From an uncultured Desulfovibrio sp. (lineage in GTDB: Bacteria; Desulfobacterota; Desulfovibrionia; Desulfovibrionales; Desulfovibrionaceae), in the NCBI GenBank assembly GCA_900547595.1, contig URHE01000004.1, positions 1,573 through 65,572 of the forward strand: 64,000 nucleotides of DNA, in the 5' to 3' direction. Under the pieces are notes generated by a model. That model searched no databases and was not told where the DNA came from. It was given only the letters and a program-made list of their open reading frames with translations. The position numbers and the translations under genes are program-made. Shown piece after piece: positions 9,637-19,345 of this stretch; the stretch's first letter is position 1; the number at the start of each line of letters is the position of its first letter.

Positions 9637-12039
9637 TTATCCCCGGATGATGGGACGCGGTTTGCTGCCGTTGGCGGGCCCGACGATCCCTTCGGCTTCA
9701 AACTGGTCCATGAGCCGGGTGGCACGGTTATATCCGATTTGCAGGCGGCGTTGAAGCAGGGACGTGGAAATGGACGAACGCCCCGACTGCAACAGGAATT
9801 CCCGGGCTTCCTCGTAGAGCGGGTCCTGCGAGGCGTCGCCCCCGCCTCCGTTCCCGGCCCCGGAGGCGGCGTTCCACTGGGAAAAATCCACACCGTAGTT
9901 CGGCGCCATCTGGCGTTTCCAGTGGGCCACCACCGCCTGCACTTCCTCATCGGCCAGAAAGGGGCCATGCAGCCGCTGGAGACGGCCGCCGCTGGGTTTG
10001 AACAGCATGTCGCCGCGGCCAAGAAGCTGTTCCGCGCCCATCTGGTCGAGAATGGTGCGTGAATCGTGCCGGGAAGTGACCTGAAAGGAAATGCGGCAGG
10101 GAAAGTTGGCCTTGATGAGGCCCGTCACCACATCCACGCTGGGACGCTGTGTGGCGAGGATCATATGGATGCCGGCAGCGCGCGCCAGTTGCGCGAGCCG
10201 CACCACGCTCGTCTCCACTTCGCGCGCCGCCGTCATCATCAGGTCTGCCAGCTCGTCAATGACAATGACGAGATAGGGCAGGCGCTCTAGGTCCGCCAGG
10301 TCCGGCGGCAGATCATTTTTGAAGGCGGCGAGTTTCTGATTATACGCCGCCACATTGCGCACGCCAAGACGCGCCATGGAACGGTAGCGGTTGTCCATCT
10401 CCTGCACGGCCCATTCCAGCGCGTTCCTGGCATCCGCCATTTCCGTCACCACAGGATGGACGAGATGCGGTTCATCCGCATAAACCGCCAGCTCTATGCG
10501 CTTGGGGTCAATGAGCAGGAGGCGCAGGTCCTGCGGCTGGGTACGGTAGAGGAGGCTGACAAGAATGGCGTTGAGGCAGACGCTCTTGCCCGCGCCGGTG
10601 GCCCCGGCGACAAGAAGATGCGGCATGCGCGTGAGGTCGGCCATGGCGGGGTGCCCCGCGATGTCCTTGCCGAGGATCATGGTCAGGGGGCCGCACCCCC
10701 GGCGAAAGGCGTCCGAAGCCGCCAGTTCCCGAAAATTGACGGTCTCGCGCTGCTCGTTGGGGATTTCGATGCCCACGGTATCGGAACCGGGGATGGGCGC
10801 CTGGATGCGGACCGCCGGGGCCTTGAGCGCGCGGCTGAGATCGTCGCTGAGATTGGCGATGCGGCTGACGCGAATGCCGGGCGCGGGACGCACCTCATAC
10901 ATGGTGACCACCGGCCCGGGCGTGACGCGCACAAGATCGCCCTGAATGTCAAAATCCTTGAGGCAGGCCATGAGCGCCGCGCCCTTGGCGTCAAGATTTT
11001 CGCGGCTGTGGGCCATTCCGGGGGCGGGGGGCGTCAGCAGGTCCAGACCGGGCAGCGGAATCTTCGCCCGTTTGCCCCGGCCTTCTCCGCCGTGGGCGGA
11101 CGCGGAAACCGGTTTCGGCTGCGGAGCCGCCGGGGGCGCCGGCCGGTCGGCGGCGCTTGCGGAGGCTGAGGGGGCGGAAGCCTGTGCGTCGTTATTTTCC
11201 GCATCCGCGGCGCAGATGCCGGCAGGCGCTCCGGATTCGGGCTCCGTGGAGGAGGCCGCTGGCGCGGCAGCCTCCGGAAAATCGATCTCCGGCATGCTGT
11301 CCGCTGTGGGGCGGATGCTGCCGATGGCGTCCCGCCACTGCTCAAGGCGTTGCTTCAGCGTGGCCGCATCCGGCAGATGCAGGCGGGCGCGCAGGCGCGT
11401 CCACCAGGACATCGGGCCCGAAGCCGGTTTGGTGCCGCTTTCACCAGACGGGGAAAGGAATTCCGTGGCGGCGGGGGAAGCGGAGCTTCTGTGGGCATGC
11501 CGCTCCGCCAGTCTGGCGGTTGCCCATATCCTGAACCTGTCCGCCAGGGTGAACCAGGAAAAATTGCAGGCCAGCTGAAGCCCCACCAGAAGCACAAAGA
11601 TCCAGAGCAGTGTGGAACCGACAGGGCTGAGATACAGGCGCGCATTGTCATAGAGGGCGCTGCCCACCATGCCGCCGCCCGAAAGATCGCCGAGCAACAG
11701 GTCCCACCAGGCCCCCGCCACGAGCAGACAGAGCGTGAGAAGGAAGAAGCCGCACCAGCGCCACCAGTGCAGGGCATAGCCGGAAGAGACATAGGCCGCC
11801 CCGAGGGCTCCGAAAACAAGGGGCCACAGAAAGGCGGCCACGCCGAAAACATCATTGAGGAATCCGGCCGCATACGCGCCGAACAGTCCCGCCTTGTTCC
11901 GCACCGGGGCGCCGGAACTCACCACATGGTTGAAGCTCTGGTCGCCCGCGTCGAAGCTCAGGAGGCTCAGCAGGAGCAGAAGGGCCCAGAAGAGCAGGAA
12001 CAGGCCGAAAAGCTCGCGTAAGAACTTGCGAATATCCGT
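9637..12039 (-). CDS. ftsK: DNA translocase FtsK (start uncertain, probably a non-canonical codon near 12033-12039)
   Basis: PHLLVAGATGAGKS Walker A, IVIDELADLM, LATQRPSVDV and gamma domain LQRRLQIGYNRA. The N-terminal TM segment continues upstream of the GTG at 11925. Confidence 0.93.
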   Translation of the reverse strand, partial: TDIRKFLRELFGLFLLFWALLLLLSLLSFDAGDQSFNHVVSSGAPVRNKAGLFGAYAAGFLNDVFGVAAFLWPLVFGALGAAYVSSGYALHWWRWCGFFLLTLCLLVAGAWWDLLLGDLSGGGMVGSALYDNARLYLSPVGSTLLWIFVLLVGLQLACNFSWFTLADRFRIWATARLAERHAHRSSASPAATEFLSPSGESGTKPASGPMSWWTRLRARLHLPDAATLKQRLEQWRDAIGSIRPTADSMPEIDFPEAAAPAASSTEPESGAPAGICAADAENNDAQASAPSASASAADRPAPPAAPQPKPVSASAHGGEGRGKRAKIPLPGLDLLTPPAPGMAHSRENLDAKGAALMACLKDFDIQGDLVRVTPGPVVTMYEVRPAPGIRVSRIANLSDDLSRALKAPAVRIQAPIPGSDTVGIEIPNEQRETVNFRELAASDAFRRGCGPLTMILGKDIAGHPAMADLTRMPHLLVAGATGAGKSVCLNAILVSLLYRTQPQDLRLLLIDPKRIELAVYADEPHLVHPVVTEMADARNALEWAVQEMDNRYRSMARLGVRNVAAYNQKLAAFKNDLPPDLADLERLPYLVIVIDELADLMMTAAREVETSVVRLAQLARAAGIHMILATQRPSVDVVTGLIKANFPCRISFQVTSRHDSRTILDQMGAEQLLGRGDMLFKPSGGRLQRLHGPFLADEEVQAVVAHWKRQMAPNYGVDFSQWNAASGAGNGGGGDASQDPLYEEAREFLLQSGRSSISTSLLQRRLQIGYNRATRLMDQFEAEGIVGPANGSKPRPIIRG

Positions 12040-12072
12040 GGGCTTGCCCTCCAGCAGAAATGCGGTCCGTGC

Positions 12073-12630
12073 CTACTCCCGGCCCAGATATTCCTTGGTG
12101 CGTGTGTCGATCTTGACCCTGTCGCCGATGTTGACGAAAATGGGCACCTGGACGGTCAGGCCGGTTTCGAGCGTGGCGGGCTTGGTGACGTTGCTCACGG
12201 TGTCACCCTTGGCGCCCGGCTCGGTATCCGTGATCTCCAGAACCAGAGTGAGGGGGATGTCGATGTCCAGCGGGCGTCCCTGATACAGGAGGACGCGGCA
12301 TTCCTGTCCGTCCTTGAGGAAACCTTCCTTGCCGCCGGTGGAGGATGACGGCATGGAAAGCTGCTCATAGCTTGTCATGTCCATGAAGATAAGCTCGTCA
12401 TCCTGACGGTAGAGGAACTGCATGTCGCGCGTTTCCATATCCGGCTTGCCCACCTTGTCGCCCGAGCGGAAGGTGATGTCCTGGATGCGGCCGGTGAGGA
12501 TGTTCCGCAATTTGGTCCTCACCATGGCGCCGCCCTTGCCGGGCTTGAAGTGCTGGAACTCGACGATCTCATAGGGGGTTCCTTCCACTTCGATCTTGAG
12601 GCCCTTGCGAAAGTCGGTGGTAGAGTACAT
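12073..12630 (-). CDS. efp: Elongation factor P
   Basis: [15 protein letters not shown] and PGAKGDT...KPATLETG motifs; AGGAGG SD. Confidence 0.98.
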   Translation of the reverse strand: MYSTTDFRKGLKIEVEGTPYEIVEFQHFKPGKGGAMVRTKLRNILTGRIQDITFRSGDKVGKPDMETRDMQFLYRQDDELIFMDMTSYEQLSMPSSSTGGKEGFLKDGQECRVLLYQGRPLDIDIPLTLVLEITDTEPGAKGDTVSNVTKPATLETGLTVQVPIFVNIGDRVKIDTRTKEYLGRE

Positions 12631-12684
12631 GGTTCCTCCTGCGGGCGGGTTCTCGCCGCGCCGCGAAACATTCTGTCATGGCGG

Positions 12685-12713
12685 TTGCAAGGACGGGCGC
12701 CAGAGGCTACCTT
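12685..12713 (+). promoter_or_regulatory. Putative sigma70 promoter for engB
   Basis: TTGCAA-N17-TACCTT. Confidence 0.4.
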
Positions 12714-12753
12714 GGCGCAAGGTGGGTTGCCGTCCCGGGAATTCGGGTCCACC

Positions 12754-12781
12754 AGTCTATGCAAAAACGCCCTGCTGTCAA
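12754..12781 (-). promoter_or_regulatory. Putative sigma70 promoter for efp-ftsK-lolA
   Basis: Minus strand TTGACA-N16-TAGACT. Confidence 0.5.
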
Positions 12782-12844
12782 GATGGCCCTTTCCGGGAGC
12801 ATGGCGGGGTGGACACGCGGCGCCGCGCGTGCCGGAGAAACTGT

Positions 12845-13432
12845 ATGGAAAGCACTCTTGAACTGGAAGCCACAGCCTATGTGACCGGGCAACTCCCCCG
12901 GTATGACCGGCCGCAGATCGCCCTGGCGGGGCGTTCCAACGTGGGCAAATCCTCATTGATCAACGCGCTCGCGGGTCGCAAGAAGCTCGCCAGGGTCAGC
13001 GCCCAGCCCGGCAAGACGCGGTCCGTCAATTTTTATCATGTGTTGCCGCAGGATTTCTACCTCGTTGACCTGCCGGGCTATGGCTATGCCCGCGCCAGCC
13101 ATGAGGAGCGGCGGCAATGGGCAACGACGCTGGAAGCTTATATCGGGGGCGACCACCACCTCAGGGCGCTTGTCCTCCTGCTGGATTGCCGTCTGCCCCC
13201 GCAACGGCTGGACCTGGACCTGGCGGCTTTTGCCGCCTCCCGCGCCCTGCCGGTCGTGCCGGTCCTCACCAAGGCCGACAAGTGCACCCAGCGCGAGCGG
13301 GAAGCCCGGCGCAAGGAGTGGCTGGAACGTCTGGGAACCGCCCCCATCGTCACATCGGCGGCGCGCCGGCAGGGTATGGAGAAACTCTGGCGCGCGCTTG
13401 ATGCCGCGGCTTTGGGAACCCGGGAAGGTTAA
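12845..13432 (+). CDS. engB: Ribosome biogenesis GTPase YihA/YsxC
   Basis: G1 GRSNVGKSSLIN, G2 PGKTR, G3 DLPGYG, G4 TKAD. Confidence 0.95.
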   Translation: MESTLELEATAYVTGQLPRYDRPQIALAGRSNVGKSSLINALAGRKKLARVSAQPGKTRSVNFYHVLPQDFYLVDLPGYGYARASHEERRQWATTLEAYIGGDHHLRALVLLLDCRLPPQRLDLDLAAFAASRALPVVPVLTKADKCTQREREARRKEWLERLGTAPIVTSAARRQGMEKLWRALDAAALGTREG

Positions 13433-13496
13433 AGTAATTGTTGAAGTTTTCGGGAGCCTGTCCTTTAATTCCAAGAGCTTGCACGCGCAAACCGCG

Positions 13497-14963
13497 CTAT
13501 CGCCTGTGTACCCGCGCCAGCGCTTTTTCCGGAGTGAGCGAGTGCAGATAGCGCACCCGCAGCCAGTAGGCCGTCGCGCTGAAACCCAGGGCCGCCACAT
13601 AGGCGATCCAGAAGCCTTCCGCGCCAAGGGCGGGCACAAGCCAGTCCGTGCGCGCCAGCGCATAGCCCAGGGGCAGCCCGATGATCCAGTAGGCCACAAA
13701 GCAGATGACCGAAATGATGCGCGTGTCGTTATACCCGCGCAGGACGCCGATGCCGGCCATCTGGAGGCCGTCCACGATCTGGTAGGCCGCCGCGAAGAGC
13801 AGGAGCCGCATGGCGAGGACCGTGACCTGCGGGTCGTCGTTGTAGATGTGGACGATGCTCTGGCGGAAAAGAATGGTGCCCGCGCAGATGAGCAGGGCGA
13901 ACGCCACGCTCAGGGTCAGCGCCGTGAGCGCGCAGAGCCTGGCCTGCGCCACCTTGCGCGCTCCGAGGCAGTAGCCCACGCGGATGGTGGCGGTCATGCC
14001 GATGGCGAGCGGCACCATGAAGATGAGGGCCCCGAAATTCATGGCGATCTGGTTTCCCGCCACCATGACCGTGCCCAGGGGGGCCAGAAGGATGGCGCTC
14101 AGGGCGAAGAGCGAAACTTCAAAAAAAAGCGCCAGCGCGCCGGGAAAGCCGATGCGCAGGGCACGGAACATGAGCGGGAAGTCAAAGACCGGGCCGTCAT
14201 CTTCCGGGCCGGGGGCATGGCGCGCGGAGGAGCCGTCCCTGCGGCGCGCCGTCCGTTTGGCCCTGCTCCAGGGCAGCCAGGGCGCGAAGAGCGGCCGCAG
14301 GTCGCGATACTGGGGATCACGGCGCAAAAAGCACATCATGGCCAGGCCCATGAACCAGTAGCACAGGGCCGAGGCCACCCCGCAGCCCACGGCGCCCATG
14401 GGCGGGAATCCGCATTTCCCGTAGATGAGCATGTAGTTGCAGGGCACATTGAGCGCAAGCCCCAGCAGGCCGATGAGCATGGCCGGGCGCGTGCGCGAAA
14501 ACCCCTCAAGAAAGCTGCGCTGGTTGACGAAGAACATGAACCCCGGCAGCCCCCAGAGCAGGGCGCGCAGATACCCGCCCGCAAGCTCCGCCATGGAAGG
14601 CGAGAGGCCGAACGCCTCCAGCCGCCAGGAAATGACATAAAAAAAGGCCATCAAAAGCAGGCTGATGCCGAGCGTGAGCCAGATGCCCTGCCGCAGCAGA
14701 TGCGCGGCGCGGCGTCGTTTGCCGGCGCCCACCATCTGCGCGCTCAGCGGCGGCAACGCCAGAAGGCAGCCGATGCCAAGCAGGGCCACCGGCGCCCATA
14801 TGGAACCGGCCACGGCAACGGCCGCCATGTCCTCGGCGTTATACTGCCCGGTCATGGCCGTGTCCGCGAAGTTCATGCCCGTCTGCGACAGCTGGGCGAT
14901 GAAGATGGGCAGCCCGATGGAATAGAAACGCCGGGCTTCCGTCCAGGAAAAGAAGGCCCTCAT
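13497..14963 (-). CDS. MATE family efflux transporter (NorM-like)
   Basis: About 12 TM helices; FADTAMTG, FFEVSLF, QIVDGLQ and LRGYNDT NorM-type motifs. Confidence 0.92.
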   Translation of the reverse strand: MRAFFSWTEARRFYSIGLPIFIAQLSQTGMNFADTAMTGQYNAEDMAAVAVAGSIWAPVALLGIGCLLALPPLSAQMVGAGKRRRAAHLLRQGIWLTLGISLLLMAFFYVISWRLEAFGLSPSMAELAGGYLRALLWGLPGFMFFVNQRSFLEGFSRTRPAMLIGLLGLALNVPCNYMLIYGKCGFPPMGAVGCGVASALCYWFMGLAMMCFLRRDPQYRDLRPLFAPWLPWSRAKRTARRRDGSSARHAPGPEDDGPVFDFPLMFRALRIGFPGALALFFEVSLFALSAILLAPLGTVMVAGNQIAMNFGALIFMVPLAIGMTATIRVGYCLGARKVAQARLCALTALTLSVAFALLICAGTILFRQSIVHIYNDDPQVTVLAMRLLLFAAAYQIVDGLQMAGIGVLRGYNDTRIISVICFVAYWIIGLPLGYALARTDWLVPALGAEGFWIAYVAALGFSATAYWLRVRYLHSLTPEKALARVHRR

Positions 14964-14984
14964 GGCCTGCCCCTTCCGATGGAG

Positions 14985-15884
14985 CTACGCGGAATCCTGC
15001 GCGTCATGCGTCGTCTCCTCCGGCCAGAAAAGCCCGGCATCGGGCAGGCCGCGCCCGAGGCGCGCCGCCGAACGTTCCACAAGCGTCCTGATGGCTTCTT
15101 TCCCCGCGTCTCCCAGGTTTTCGCTGTAGGGGGTGACAAAGGTGTCGATATGCGCACGCGTCACGGCATCGTCCAGTTCCTGCGCGTGCGCGCGGATGAA
15201 GTCGCGCGGGGCTTCGGGATGCGCCCAGGCGTGGCGCAGGCTGGCGGCAATGCCCCTCTGTACGGCGAGGGCTGCCGCCGGCGCGAGGCTCCGGCGGGCG
15301 GCGATGGCCCCAAGCGGCAGGGGGAGGTGAAACTCCCCTTCCCACCACTGGCCGAGATCGAGTATCCTGCACAGGCCGTGACGTTCATAGGTGAAGCGGC
15401 CCTCGTGGATGATGACCCCGATGTCGGCCTCGCCGCGGGTCACGGCATCCATGATGTCGCTGAAGAGCAGTTCGCGGCGTTCTCCGCGGAAGCCTCCGTG
15501 CAGGTCAAGGAGCAGATTGGCCGTGGTCATGAAGCCCGGCACGGCCACGCGCGCCGTGCCCAGCCGCTCCGGCGGCAGGGACGCGCGCGCCACCACCAGG
15601 GGGCCGCAGCCCCAGCCCAGGGCGGCGCCCGATGACAGAAGGGCATAGCCGTCCATGATGCGCGAAACCGCGCCCAGCGAAAGCTTCGTCACATCCAGGC
15701 GCCCCTCCACCGCCAGGGCATTCAGCTCCTCCACATCCGCGAAATGCGGCACAAAGCGGATGTCTCCCGTCCAGGGGGCGGGAGCGGGCACACGCACATG
15801 ACCTTCAAGAAGAGCATGAAAGATGAAGGTATCATTGGGGCAGGGTGAAAGCCCGAGAGAAAGGACAAGCTGTTGGGCGGACAT
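14985..15884 (-). CDS. mqnD: 1,4-dihydroxy-6-naphthoate synthase
   Basis: SPCPNDTFIF, ADVEELN, GAALGWGCGPL, IIHEGRFTY and PLPLG motifs. Confidence 0.93.
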   Translation of the reverse strand: MSAQQLVLSLGLSPCPNDTFIFHALLEGHVRVPAPAPWTGDIRFVPHFADVEELNALAVEGRLDVTKLSLGAVSRIMDGYALLSSGAALGWGCGPLVVARASLPPERLGTARVAVPGFMTTANLLLDLHGGFRGERRELLFSDIMDAVTRGEADIGVIIHEGRFTYERHGLCRILDLGQWWEGEFHLPLPLGAIAARRSLAPAAALAVQRGIAASLRHAWAHPEAPRDFIRAHAQELDDAVTRAHIDTFVTPYSENLGDAGKEAIRTLVERSAARLGRGLPDAGLFWPEETTHDAQDSA

Positions 15885-15896
15885 TTTCACCTCACG

Positions 15897-15926
15897 TTGA
15901 CAATGCCGACGGCGCGGCGATATGCT
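15897..15926 (+). promoter_or_regulatory. Putative sigma70 promoter for mqnE-mqnC-mqnA
   Basis: TTGACA-N18-TATGCT. Confidence 0.5.
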
Positions 15927-16022
15927 GGCGGATACTCCCGACTGCCGGACACGCCGGCATCTTCGCCCGCCGGAATCCGCCGGCGCGGGATGCGCGCGTC
16001 AGGCGGCCAACAAGGACTTCCC

Positions 16023-17195
16023 ATGCCAGACGAAGCATATTATGCGTCCCTCGGGCTTTCGTCCATCCTTGACAAGGTGCTTTCCGGGGAACGCCTGACC
16101 TTTGAGGACGGGCTTGCCCTGTTTGCCTGCCCGGACCTCACGGCCGTGGGCGCGCTTGCGGCGCATGCGCGCTTTCGCCGTCATGGCGATGCCGCCTTCT
16201 ATGTGGTCAACCGTCAGATCAATTATACCAATGTCTGCGTCAACGGTTGCCTCTTCTGCGCCTTCAGGCGCGATCATGAAGAGGAGGAAGGGGCCTTTGT
16301 CCTGAGCAGGGAGGATATTCTCGCCCGTCTGGAAGCGGCGCAGTCCGGAACCTTGCGTCTTGATGAAATGCACATGGTGGGGGGCTGCCACCCGCGGCTC
16401 GGGCTTGCGTGGTTCGAGGACCTTTTGCGGACGGTGTCGGACCGCTGGCCCGGGTTGCCGCTCAAGGCGTTTACCCCTGTGGAGATCGCGCATTTCGCCG
16501 CGCTTGAAGGGATCAGCACGCTTGAAGTGCTGCGGCGTCTCAAAGCCTGCGGCCTGCGGATGATGCCCGGCGGCGGCGCGGAAATTTTCGACGAGGGGCT
16601 GCGCTCCCGTCTGTGCCCGCACAAGGCCGATGCCGCCGCGTGGCTGCGCATCTCCGGCGAGGCGCACAGCCTCGGCATCGTGACCAACTGCACCATGCTT
16701 TTCGGTCATCTTGAAAGTCACGCCATGCGTGTGGACCATCTGCTGCGCCTGCGCGCGCAACAGGATGCCAGCGGCGGTTTCACCTGCTTCATTCCGTTGC
16801 CCTTTCTCACGGCCAACAACCGCCTTGAACTTCCCGAAGACCGCACCGGCCCGGTCCGCGGGCTGGATCAGCTCCGCACCGTGGCCGTCTCCCGCCTTCT
16901 CCTCGACAATATCCCGCATATCAAGGCATACTGGGTGATGCTCGGCCCCAAACTCGCGCAGACCGCCCTGTGGTACGGCGCGGATGACCTGGACGGCACC
17001 ATCGTGGAAGAGCGCATCGGCCATATGGCGGGCGCGGAATCCGCCCAGGGGCTGACCATTCCCGAGCTGGAAACCATGATTCGCGCTTCCGGCTTCCGTC
17101 CGGTGCGCCGCAATGCCGTTTTTGAACCCATGCCGGTGTCCGGGCCGGAAACCACCGCGTGCGGGGCCGCGGAGCTTCGCAAGGAGACATGCTGA
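16023..17195 (+). CDS. mqnE: Aminofutalosine synthase (radical SAM)
   Basis: NYTNVCVNGCLFCAF CxxxCxxC motif, PGGGAEIF, IPHIKAYW and DLDGTIVEERI. Confidence 0.88.
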   Translation: MPDEAYYASLGLSSILDKVLSGERLTFEDGLALFACPDLTAVGALAAHARFRRHGDAAFYVVNRQINYTNVCVNGCLFCAFRRDHEEEEGAFVLSREDILARLEAAQSGTLRLDEMHMVGGCHPRLGLAWFEDLLRTVSDRWPGLPLKAFTPVEIAHFAALEGISTLEVLRRLKACGLRMMPGGGAEIFDEGLRSRLCPHKADAAAWLRISGEAHSLGIVTNCTMLFGHLESHAMRVDHLLRLRAQQDASGGFTCFIPLPFLTANNRLELPEDRTGPVRGLDQLRTVAVSRLLLDNIPHIKAYWVMLGPKLAQTALWYGADDLDGTIVEERIGHMAGAESAQGLTIPELETMIRASGFRPVRRNAVFEPMPVSGPETTACGAAELRKETC

Positions 17196-18331
17196 TGGAG
17201 TTCGCGCCCGCGCACAGCCCCTTTGATGAGTGCGGCCCCGATTTTGCGGATGTCGCCACCGCCGCCGGGAAGGCCGCCGCCGGCAAGCGTCTGGACCGCC
17301 GGGATGCAGAGGCCCTCTATTTCCGGGCGAGTCTGCACACCCTCGCGCGGCTGGCGCATGCCGCGCGTCTGCGCCTGCATCCCGAACCGGTGGTGACCTA
17401 TGTAGGCGACAGAAATATCAATTATTCCAATATCTGCGTGTGCGGCTGCCGTTTCTGCGCCTTTTTCCGGCCTCCGGAAAGTCCTGAAGGTTACGTCATC
17501 AGCCGGGAGGAACTCGCGCGGAAGATCGAGGAGACCCTGCGCCTCGGCGGCACCCAGATACTGCTACAGGGCGGCCATCATCCCGACCTTCCGCTGGAAT
17601 GGTACGAGGACCTGCTCCGCTGGATGCGGGCGACATGGCCCAAACTGCACATCCATGCCTTTTCGCCGCCGGAGATATGGTTCTGGTCGGAAAAGTTCGG
17701 CCTTCCCGTGCCCGAGGTCCTCAGGCGGCTCAGGGACGCGGGGCTGGATTCCCTGCCGGGAGGCGGAGCGGAGGTGCTCCAGAACGACGTGCGCCGCCAG
17801 GTTTCGCCCAACAAGTGTTCGGCCGATGCGTGGCTCTCTGTCATGGAGGCGGCCCATCGCCTCGGCATGAAGACCACGGCCACCATGATGTTCGGCCATG
17901 AGGAGGAGCCCCGGCACCGGCTGGATCATCTTTTTGCCGTGCGCGCCACCCAGGACCGCACGGGCGGTTTTACGGCCTTCATTCCCTGGACCTTCCAGCC
18001 CGCAAATACCCGCATCCGGTGTCAAAGTCTGCCCGCTCCCGCCTATTTGCGCCTGCTCGCCGTTTCGCGGCTGGTGCTCGACAATGTGCCGAACATCCAG
18101 GCTTCATGGGTGACCATGGGGCCCCAGATAGCGCAACTTGCGCTGTTTTATGGCGCCAATGACTTCGGTTCGCTCATGATCGAGGAAAACGTGGTGGCGG
18201 CTGCCGGCGTTTCCTACCGCATGACGCGCAGGGAGATCGAGGCCGTCATCCGGACCGCCGGATTCACGCCGGTGCAGCGGACCATGGACTATCGCCCCGT
18301 GGAGCCGCATGCGGCGCGCCCCGGAAACTGA
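17195..18331 (+). CDS. mqnC: Cyclic dehypoxanthinyl futalosine synthase (radical SAM)
   Basis: DRNINYSNICVCGCRFCAF, LLQGGHHP, AFIPWTFQP, NIQASWVT and DFGSLMIEENVV motifs. Confidence 0.9.
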   Translation: MEFAPAHSPFDECGPDFADVATAAGKAAAGKRLDRRDAEALYFRASLHTLARLAHAARLRLHPEPVVTYVGDRNINYSNICVCGCRFCAFFRPPESPEGYVISREELARKIEETLRLGGTQILLQGGHHPDLPLEWYEDLLRWMRATWPKLHIHAFSPPEIWFWSEKFGLPVPEVLRRLRDAGLDSLPGGGAEVLQNDVRRQVSPNKCSADAWLSVMEAAHRLGMKTTATMMFGHEEEPRHRLDHLFAVRATQDRTGGFTAFIPWTFQPANTRIRCQSLPAPAYLRLLAVSRLVLDNVPNIQASWVTMGPQIAQLALFYGANDFGSLMIEENVVAAAGVSYRMTRREIEAVIRTAGFTPVQRTMDYRPVEPHAARPGN

Positions 18332-18356
18332 CGTTCCCGCCAGCGAGGTCGTACAC

Positions 18357-19211
18357 ATGCCCGACACTGTCCTGCGCATGGGGCGCATCAGCTATCTCAA
18401 CGTGCTGCCCATCTATCACCCGCTGGAAGCGGGCATCCTGCCGCACGATTACGAGCTTGTATCCGGGCCGCCGGCCCTGCTCAACGACATGATGGCCCGG
18501 GGCGAACTTCATGTGTCGTCCTGTTCCTGCTTCGAGTACGCTCGCAGACCTGAGCGCTACTATCTCGTGCGTGATCTTTCCATCGGTTCGCGCGGACCCG
18601 TCATGAGCGTCCTGCTGCTGTCGCGTGTACCTGTGGAGGAACTCGGCGGTCGTGAACTCCTTATCAGCGGCGAAAGTCATACATCCGTGGCGCTGCTGCG
18701 GCTGCTCATGCGTGACAGATATCGGCAGCGGGTCGGTTATGTGACGGGGCAGGTCTCGGCGGCCCTGCGCTCGGTAACGCCGCCAGTGGCATTCCTCGCC
18801 ATTGGCGATGAAGCCCTGCGCCTGCGGCGGCATCCGGAGTATCCGTACCGCGTGGATCTGGCTGAAGCCTGGCGTGAGTGGACGGGGCTGCCCTTTATTT
18901 TCGGCCTCTGGGTCGTGAGCCGCGACGCCGCCGACAGGGGCCTGTTCCGCAGTGATCCGGGCGAACTTTTGCGGCGCGGGCGCGACTGGGGGCTCGCGCA
19001 CATGGATGTCATCCTTGACCTCACTGGCCACGGTTGCCCCCTCAGCCGTGAAGACCTGGCACGCTACTATCGTGAAGGTCTGGTTTTCAGCCTTGGCGAG
19101 GAAGAACTGCGCGGCTTGCGTCTGTTTTATGAAAAGCTCGCCGGCACAGGTCTGATAGCCGCCGTTCCGCGGTTGCGCTTTTTCAAGCTGGAGCGCACCA
19201 TGCGGGCCTGA
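18357..19211 (+). CDS. mqnA: Chorismate dehydratase
   Basis: GRISYLNVLP, GPVMSV, SHTSVALL, AIGDEAL and WTGLPFIFGLW motifs. Confidence 0.9.
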   Translation: MPDTVLRMGRISYLNVLPIYHPLEAGILPHDYELVSGPPALLNDMMARGELHVSSCSCFEYARRPERYYLVRDLSIGSRGPVMSVLLLSRVPVEELGGRELLISGESHTSVALLRLLMRDRYRQRVGYVTGQVSAALRSVTPPVAFLAIGDEALRLRRHPEYPYRVDLAEAWREWTGLPFIFGLWVVSRDAADRGLFRSDPGELLRRGRDWGLAHMDVILDLTGHGCPLSREDLARYYREGLVFSLGEEELRGLRLFYEKLAGTGLIAAVPRLRFFKLERTMRA

Positions 19212-19291
19212 AGTGACAATTATTCCGCGTTGTTGACCTTTCGGGCGCCCTGTTTCCCTTTCAGGAAATACGCCGTGAGTTGAGGCGGAGA

Positions 19292-19328
19292 GCCCCCGGC
19301 ATCCAGCTATCGGCGGAATGCCGGGGGC
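19292..19328. terminator. Hairpin between the convergent mqnA and lipoprotein genes
   Basis: GCCCCCGGCAT...ATGCCGGGGGC 11-bp stem followed by CTGTTTTCT. Confidence 0.5.
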
Positions 19329-19345
19329 CTGTTTTCTGCGTCAGA

